Positions 26,333-32,000 of a stretch of 32,000 bases of DNA are shown here, piece after piece; position 1 is the first letter of the stretch, and the number at the start of each line of letters is the position of its first letter. This DNA comes from an archaeon (lineage in GTDB: Archaea; Iainarchaeota; Iainarchaeia; Iainarchaeales; CSSED10-239). Both the position numbers and the translations under genes were made by a program. Where the stretch lies: positions 1 to 32,000 of the forward strand of contig DAOOUC010000005.1 of assembly GCA_035390665.1 (NCBI GenBank), written 5' to 3'. The notes below the pieces were generated by a model that was not told the origin of the DNA, did not search any database, and saw only the letters and a list, made by a program, of their open reading frames with translations.

Positions 26333-28264
26333 ATGATTAAAAAAACAATTAAAAAAGAAATAAAAGAAAAAAAAATAGAAGCAAATACTGATGTTAAAGA
26401 GCTTATCTATAATGATACAAGCGAAATCGAAGTTCCAAAAAGAATGATAGATCAAGTAATTGGACAAGATTCTGCAATAAACCTTATAAAAAAAGTTGCT
26501 CAACAAAAAAGACACATAATGCTTATTGGTGCTCCAGGCACAGGTAAATCAATGATTGCTTCTGCTCTTGCAGAAATGCTTCCAACAAATAAACTAACAG
26601 ATATTTTAAGTTATCCAAATGCAGAAGATAGTCACACGCCAATAATTAAAGAAGTGCCAGCCGGAGATGGGAAAAAAATAATAGACGAGTCAAAACTAGA
26701 AGCCGCAAGACAAATGAGTGCAGGTAAAATTATTGGTTTTTTCTTACCAACATTATGGTTAATTATCTCTATTGTGTTTTGGAGACTAGGATGGGTTCCT
26801 GATGTTGTTTTTGCAGCAATGCTTTTACTTTCAGGATTTTTAATGGTTTCAACTGCTCTTAGTGTACAAATGATGAGTAAAGAGAAAGCATTAATTCCAA
26901 AGACAATTATTGATAACTCCAATAGAAAAGAAGTTCCATTCGTTGATGCAACGGGCGCTAAAGCCGGTGCACTTTTAGGAGATGTATTACACGATCCATT
27001 ACAGTCTGGAGGACTTGGAACTCCGCCACATTATAGAGTTGTTCCTGGTATGATACACAAAGCCAACGGCGGAGTGTTATTTATTGATGAAATATCTGCA
27101 TTATCTCCAAAATCCCAACAAGACCTTTTAACAATATTACAAGAAAAGAAATTTAGTATTACTGGACAATCAGAAATGTCAAGTGGTGCAATGGTTAGAA
27201 CAACTCCTGCTCCTTGTGATTTTATATTAATTGCTGCGGGAAACTATAATGATCTTGAAAAGGTACATCCTGCTATTAGATCAAGGATTAGAGGTTCAGG
27301 GTATGAATGCCATATGAATATTGATATGCCTGATACAGTAGAAAACAGAAACAAAATTATTCAATTTACTGCTCAAGAAATAGCAAAAGACAAGAAGATT
27401 CCACACTTTAGTAAAGAAGCAGTTGATGAAATAATATTTGAAGCAAGAAAAAAAGCCACAAGAAAAAATAGCCTTACACTTAAATTAAGAGAGCTTGGTG
27501 GGCTTATTAGAGCTGCTGGAGACTTAGCAATTGAAGAAAATAAAAAGATAGTAACAAGAGATATTGTTTTAAGAGCAAAAACTCCGGCTAAAACTTTAGA
27601 AGAACAAATGGTCAACAAGATGATGATTGTTAAGAAAGACTATGATATCTTTAAAACAACAGGGACTGCTGTTGGTAGAGTTAATGGCCTTGCTGTCATG
27701 AACGAGAGCGACGCTGGACTATTATTACCAATTGAATGTGAAATAACTCCTGCATCATCTAAAAATGAAGGCAAAATTATTGCTACAGGACAACTTGGAA
27801 GTATTGCAAAAGAATCTGTTGAGAATGTTTCTGCAATAATTAAGAAATTAACTGGAAAAGACATTTCCAATTACGATATACATGTACAATTTCTTCAAAC
27901 ATACAATGTTGAGGGCGATTCTGCCTCAATATCAATTGCAACAGCAATTATTTCTGTTCTAGAAGACATACCAATTAAGCAAGATATAGCAATGACAGGT
28001 TCTCTTTCAATTAGAGGAGAAGTATTACCAATTGGTGGAGTTACAGCTAAAGTCAATGCAGCAAAAAGAGCAAAAATTAAAAAAGTAATAATTCCTGAAT
28101 CTAATAAAGAAGATTTGGTTTTAGCTCCTGAGGTTGCAAAAGACTTAGAAATCATTCCAGTAAAAACTATCTGGGAAGTAATACTTCACGCTTTCAAAGA
28201 CACAACAAAAAAAGAAAATCTAATACAAAGAATAAATAAGACTTATGCTTTAAGATTAGCATAA
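26333..28264 (+). CDS. lonB: Archaeal membrane-anchored ATP-dependent protease LonB
   Basis: '[21 protein letters not shown]', two TM segments inside AAA module, 'FIDEI', Ser/Lys dyad region '[57 protein letters not shown]'. Confidence 0.96.
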   Translation: MIKKTIKKEIKEKKIEANTDVKELIYNDTSEIEVPKRMIDQVIGQDSAINLIKKVAQQKRHIMLIGAPGTGKSMIASALAEMLPTNKLTDILSYPNAEDSHTPIIKEVPAGDGKKIIDESKLEAARQMSAGKIIGFFLPTLWLIISIVFWRLGWVPDVVFAAMLLLSGFLMVSTALSVQMMSKEKALIPKTIIDNSNRKEVPFVDATGAKAGALLGDVLHDPLQSGGLGTPPHYRVVPGMIHKANGGVLFIDEISALSPKSQQDLLTILQEKKFSITGQSEMSSGAMVRTTPAPCDFILIAAGNYNDLEKVHPAIRSRIRGSGYECHMNIDMPDTVENRNKIIQFTAQEIAKDKKIPHFSKEAVDEIIFEARKKATRKNSLTLKLRELGGLIRAAGDLAIEENKKIVTRDIVLRAKTPAKTLEEQMVNKMMIVKKDYDIFKTTGTAVGRVNGLAVMNESDAGLLLPIECEITPASSKNEGKIIATGQLGSIAKESVENVSAIIKKLTGKDISNYDIHVQFLQTYNVEGDSASISIATAIISVLEDIPIKQDIAMTGSLSIRGEVLPIGGVTAKVNAAKRAKIKKVIIPESNKEDLVLAPEVAKDLEIIPVKTIWEVILHAFKDTTKKENLIQRINKTYALRLA

Positions 28265-28277
28265 GTTATTTATTTAA

Positions 28278-28781
28278 TTATTTTAAAATGTGTCTTAGTT
28301 TTGGTCTAACAATAACTTTGTCTCTTGTACCACTGCTTTCTAATTTGTATTTTCTGCCATTTGAAATAATTTGATTTATAACTCTTGTCCCTTTTTCGCT
28401 AACCATCCCAAACTGGGTAAATCCTTGTTCTGCTAGATTATCGTATGCCTTTCTTATAAAAATTTTTCCATGACCGTTCTTTTGGTATTCTTTTTTTATG
28501 GCAATCATACTAACTGTAAACTCATTTTTCTCAAATGGGGCCTTGTAACCATAAATAACACCTATTGGCTTTTTATCTAAATAATAAAAAAAAATCTGAT
28601 TTTTACCTTTCGCATTTTTCATAAAATATTCATAGACATCATTCGGTTTTAATATTAACCCAAATATTCCTGAAGAATTTTGTATATCTATTAGGGTTTT
28701 AAGAAAATTTGGATGTTTAATTACAAATTGATGAAATTCATTTTTGTTTTTGAAATTAAAACGTTTTAATGATTCCATCAA
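28278..28781 (-). CDS. GNAT-family N-acetyltransferase-like protein
   Basis: 'FTVSMIAIKKEYQKNGHGKIFIRKAYDNLAEQG' acetyl-CoA binding motif A. Confidence 0.65.
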   Translation of the reverse strand: MMESLKRFNFKNKNEFHQFVIKHPNFLKTLIDIQNSSGIFGLILKPNDVYEYFMKNAKGKNQIFFYYLDKKPIGVIYGYKAPFEKNEFTVSMIAIKKEYQKNGHGKIFIRKAYDNLAEQGFTQFGMVSEKGTRVINQIISNGRKYKLESSGTRDKVIVRPKLRHILK

Positions 28782-28791
28782 GTTGCCTCAT

Positions 28792-29511
28792 TTATATTAA
28801 CATAGAACTTAAATAAAACTTAATTGTACATTCTTTACTTAGATTATATTCTAAATAGATTGGAATGTCTTCTCCTAGTTTTATTATCAAATCTTTGTCG
28901 TTGTCCATTGCTTTTGTAATATTGTTTAAAAATGCTAAAGAATACTTTACTGCAAAATTTTTCTTAGATTTTACTTTTATTTCTGAAAGTGTTGTTTTAA
29001 TGTTTCCTTTGTCTCCATTTGCTTCTATTATTAGTCTGCTATCTTGTATTTTAAAAACAAGGGTTGTTGCAACAAGACTTACATCTTTTAGAATTTCTTT
29101 TAATAGCCCTGCATTTATATTAAAATCAACCTCGTATTTTAATTCAGGAAGATTAATATCTTGCTCTGAAAGATCCATAAACTGTAAATGAAACTTTCTT
29201 TCAAGTCTTCCAGATAATAACACATCTATTCCTTGATCTTTTAAGTTTAAGGACAATTTGTCTCCTTCAAAACTTCTAGAAATCATATTTTTTAGTTCTT
29301 GAATATTTAGACCAACAAGAGTTGGTTCTATTGCATACCCACTATCAAATGCTTTCTTAGAAATATAGAAATCAACTAAAAGTATTTGTGTCTTGTCAAT
29401 AGCTTTAATGTATATTCCATCATCCTTAAATCTAACATTTGTTTCAGGGATGATTGGTGTTATTGTTTCTAAACATTTTTTAAATAAAGACACATTTTTT
29501 GTTGATATCAT
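28792..29511 (-). CDS. pcn: DNA polymerase sliding clamp (PCNA)
   Basis: 'FKKCLETITPIIPETNVRFKDDGIYIKAIDKTQILLVDFYI', 'VATTLVFKIQDSRLIIEANGDKGNIK', 'IKLGEDIPIYLEY'. Confidence 0.9.
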   Translation of the reverse strand: MISTKNVSLFKKCLETITPIIPETNVRFKDDGIYIKAIDKTQILLVDFYISKKAFDSGYAIEPTLVGLNIQELKNMISRSFEGDKLSLNLKDQGIDVLLSGRLERKFHLQFMDLSEQDINLPELKYEVDFNINAGLLKEILKDVSLVATTLVFKIQDSRLIIEANGDKGNIKTTLSEIKVKSKKNFAVKYSLAFLNNITKAMDNDKDLIIKLGEDIPIYLEYNLSKECTIKFYLSSMLI

Positions 29512-29661
29512 AATTATTCACATTTTTTAATTAAACAAATAAAATAAAACAACAAATGATTTAAAAAGCTAATTACTGATGTTTTGAAATAATATATTTA
29601 AAAGCTCTATTGTCTTAGATATTATTGTTTCGACAAACAATTTTTTAATTTGTGATAAAAT

Positions 29662-30081
29662 ATGCCACATAAGATTAGTCTATTAGACTTAGTTACTTCT
29701 GAAATCGTTGGCCCTTCTAGTTCTCATACTGCCGGCGCCATGAGAATAGGACTTAATGTTTATAAGAAAGTTAAAGATATTTCTAAAGTTAAAATAATAC
29801 TCTATAATTCTTTAGCAGACACAGGAGATGCACACATGACTAAAAGCGCACTTGTTGCTGGACTTTTGGGATTTAAAGAAACAGACCCGAGAATTCCATT
29901 CTCTTTTGAATATGCTGAAAATTTAGGAATAAAGATTGAATGGCACCACAACATTAATGAAAAATATCACCCAAATACCGTTTTTTTTGCTGTAACTGAT
30001 AAAAATCAGAAAATAAAATACTTTAGTGGAACTTCTATTGGTGGAGGAAGAATAAAATTCAAAGAGGTTGCTTCATTATGA
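29662..30081 (+). CDS. sdaAB: L-serine dehydratase, iron-sulfur-dependent, beta subunit (short)
   Basis: 'SLLDLVTSEIVGPSSSHTAGAMRIG', 'HMTKSALVAGLLGF', 'SGTSIGGGRI'. Confidence 0.93.
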   Translation: MPHKISLLDLVTSEIVGPSSSHTAGAMRIGLNVYKKVKDISKVKIILYNSLADTGDAHMTKSALVAGLLGFKETDPRIPFSFEYAENLGIKIEWHHNINEKYHPNTVFFAVTDKNQKIKYFSGTSIGGGRIKFKEVASL

Positions 30082-31031
30082 CTGAATATATCTTAAGAGA
30101 CTTTGTAACAAAGGCAAAAACACAAAAAACTACAATTGCTGAAATTGTTAAACAATATGAAAAAGAAAACTTCAAAAGAACAGATAAAGAGATGGTTAAT
30201 AAATTAAATAATTCAATTAAAACATTTTATACAGGAGTTAATACTGGACTAAAAGGAAACTACAAATTCAAGAACCTTATGTTCTCCTCAGACTCAATGA
30301 AACTTAATAATAAAAAAACAAGAATCTTAGGAAATACCTTACATAAGGCTTGCGTATATGCCTTAGCAATAACAGAAAATAATCTTAATATGGGAACAGT
30401 TATTGCTTGCCCAACTGCAGGTTCATCAGGTATTGTGCCAGGGTGTATCTTGGCTGTTGCTCAAGATTATGGCTGTTCAGAAAAAGATATACAAAATGCT
30501 TTACTTACAGCTTCAGCAATTGAACTTTCAATAATAAAGAACGCATCAATCTCTGGAGCTGCTCACGGTTGTCAAGGAGAGTGCGGCTCAGCAACTGCAA
30601 TGGCTGCTGGAGCTATTATTCATCTTCTTTACAAAGATAACACAAATCCTGAAATGGTAGAAAATGCTGCAGCTCTTGCCTTAAAAAATATGCTTGGGCT
30701 TGTTTGTGATCCTGTGGCCGGAGTTGTTTCAGTTCCATGTAGAAAAAGAAATGCAACAAGTATTGGTATAGCTTTTGTTGCTGCACAAATGGCTCTTTCT
30801 GGAATTAAGTCTTATATTCCATTTGATGAAGTTGCTAGTGCAATGGATGAAATTGGAAGAAGAATGGACGATGAACTTAAAGAAACTGCTAGAGGCGGGC
30901 TTGCAAAAACAAAGACTGGAAAGAAATGGGAGACTAAAAAAGCAAAACTATTAGAAGAAGCAGAAAAGAATAAACAAAGCTTTGCAGATATTTTAAAGTC
31001 CAAAAAAGAAGCAGATAAAACAATTCAATAA
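30078..31031 (+). CDS. sdaAA: L-serine dehydratase, iron-sulfur-dependent, alpha subunit
   Basis: 'CPTAGSSGIVPGCILAV', 'AHGCQGECGSATAMAAGAI', 'CDPVAGVVSVPCRKRNATSI'; ATGA overlap with beta gene. Confidence 0.95.
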   Translation: MTEYILRDFVTKAKTQKTTIAEIVKQYEKENFKRTDKEMVNKLNNSIKTFYTGVNTGLKGNYKFKNLMFSSDSMKLNNKKTRILGNTLHKACVYALAITENNLNMGTVIACPTAGSSGIVPGCILAVAQDYGCSEKDIQNALLTASAIELSIIKNASISGAAHGCQGECGSATAMAAGAIIHLLYKDNTNPEMVENAAALALKNMLGLVCDPVAGVVSVPCRKRNATSIGIAFVAAQMALSGIKSYIPFDEVASAMDEIGRRMDDELKETARGGLAKTKTGKKWETKKAKLLEEAEKNKQSFADILKSKKEADKTIQ

Positions 31032-31067
31032 ATTGTATTTTAATACTTATCTCTAATATATTATATT

Positions 31068-32000
31068 ATGAAGAGCTTTTTTGATAAATATACTCCTAAA
31101 TCTCTTGATGAAATTGTTGGAAATAAAAAAGCAATTGAAGAGATTAAAGAATGGAGTAAAGAACATAAAAAACCTTTATTTATTTATGGCTCTCCTGGTA
31201 TTGGTAAAACTTTAACCGCTAATCTCTTAGCTAAAGAGCTTGGTTGGGCGATATTAAATACAGATGCATCTGACTTAAGAGACAAAGATGCTATAAAAAG
31301 CTTGTTTAGTGTGGCTTGTACAAGTAATACTCTTTTTTCTAAGACTAGACTTATTATTGTTGATGAAATTGATTCTATTGCAGACAAAAGAGGAGGAGAA
31401 GACTATGGTTTCTTTTCTGAGTTTGAAAAGATTATTGAAAAATCAATTCAACCAATTGTCTTTATTGCTAACGACCCTTATGAAAATAAAAAAATTAGGC
31501 CTTTGTTTGAGAAATGTCAACAAGTTAAGTTTGATCTTCCTTACAAGCAATCAATATTAAAATTTGCAAAAGATATTTGTGAGAAAGAAGGAATTGAATA
31601 CGATGTTGTTTCTCTAAACGCAATTGTTGAAAACTGTGCTAACGATATTAGAGCATTAATGATTGATATCTATACTCTTTCTTTTGATAAAAAAATAACT
31701 TTAGAAGATACAGAATCACTTGGAGATAGAAAGAAAAACGAAGATGTGTTTAAGGGATTACAAAAAATATTCTATCCTAAAGATTTCTATGAAACAAGAA
31801 ATGTTATTGATACTCTTGGGATTGATTGGGATCTTTTATTTGCATGGATTGAAGAAAATACCCCTAGACAATATAGAAACCCTAATAATCTTTCAAGAGC
31901 TTTTGAAAACTTAAGTAAAGCTGATATTAGTAATGCAAGAATTAGAGGAAATAACTGGGTAATGCTTAAATATGTTTTTGATTATTTAACTGTTGGTGTT
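31068..32000 (+). CDS. rfcL: Replication factor C large subunit (3' truncated by window end); not in the supplied ORF track in this frame
   Basis: Translated by eye: MKSFFDKYTPKSLDEIVGNKKAIEEIKEWSKEHKKPLFIYGSPGIGKTLTANLLAKELG...TRLIIVDEIDSIADKRGGED... Confidence 0.9.
   Translation, partial: MKSFFDKYTPKSLDEIVGNKKAIEEIKEWSKEHKKPLFIYGSPGIGKTLTANLLAKELGWAILNTDASDLRDKDAIKSLFSVACTSNTLFSKTRLIIVDEIDSIADKRGGEDYGFFSEFEKIIEKSIQPIVFIANDPYENKKIRPLFEKCQQVKFDLPYKQSILKFAKDICEKEGIEYDVVSLNAIVENCANDIRALMIDIYTLSFDKKITLEDTESLGDRKKNEDVFKGLQKIFYPKDFYETRNVIDTLGIDWDLLFAWIEENTPRQYRNPNNLSRAFENLSKADISNARIRGNNWVMLKYVFDYLTVGV

Noticed and set aside
26315-28155. Several minus-strand ORFs (26315-26515, 26632-26922, 27373-27618, 27640-27870, 27895-28155) inside lonB
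   Set aside because: All antisense to the clearly coding LonB frame, hydrophobic/serine-rich artefacts.
1-32000. CRISPR arrays, transposons, toxin-antitoxin pairs or prophage modules
   Set aside because: No regularly spaced direct repeats, transposase or integrase motifs, or recognised defence proteins were seen on either strand; the nuclease genes present (RNase Z, NYN, ERCC4) are typical chromosomal functions.

Overview
AT-rich, gene-dense archaeal chromosomal segment. Evidence: aIF5A, archaeal S8e, L1/L10/P1-type L12, archaeal membrane-anchored LonB, PCNA, RFC large subunit, archaeal-type PheS/PheT, Hef-like helicase and ERCC4 nuclease, LSm. Small size and content suggest a DPANN-like lineage, but this is inference. 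Most of the window is housekeeping. The left ~6 kb is a cell-surface locus: two pilin-like proteins with class III-type signal peptides and chitobiase/hexosaminidase C-terminal-like beta-domains, a 976-aa surface protein with five tandem two-cysteine domains, two unknown proteins, and a minimal archaeosortase/exosortase-family protein downstream of rps8e. Other points of interest: Hef is split into separate helicase and nuclease genes 2 bp apart; L10 (P0) is naturally short and L11 is missing from its usual place; MinD sits in a cluster with roadblock-like and DUF2226-like proteins; an L-serine dehydratase beta subunit is too short to carry an ACT domain; a near-perfect operator-like palindrome lies in front of the pilin pair; and a 50-aa TTG-start membrane microprotein and the 3'-open rfcL gene are absent from the supplied ORF track. 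No tRNA, rRNA, CRISPR or transposon was recognised. All family assignments are by eye from motifs; no searches were run.
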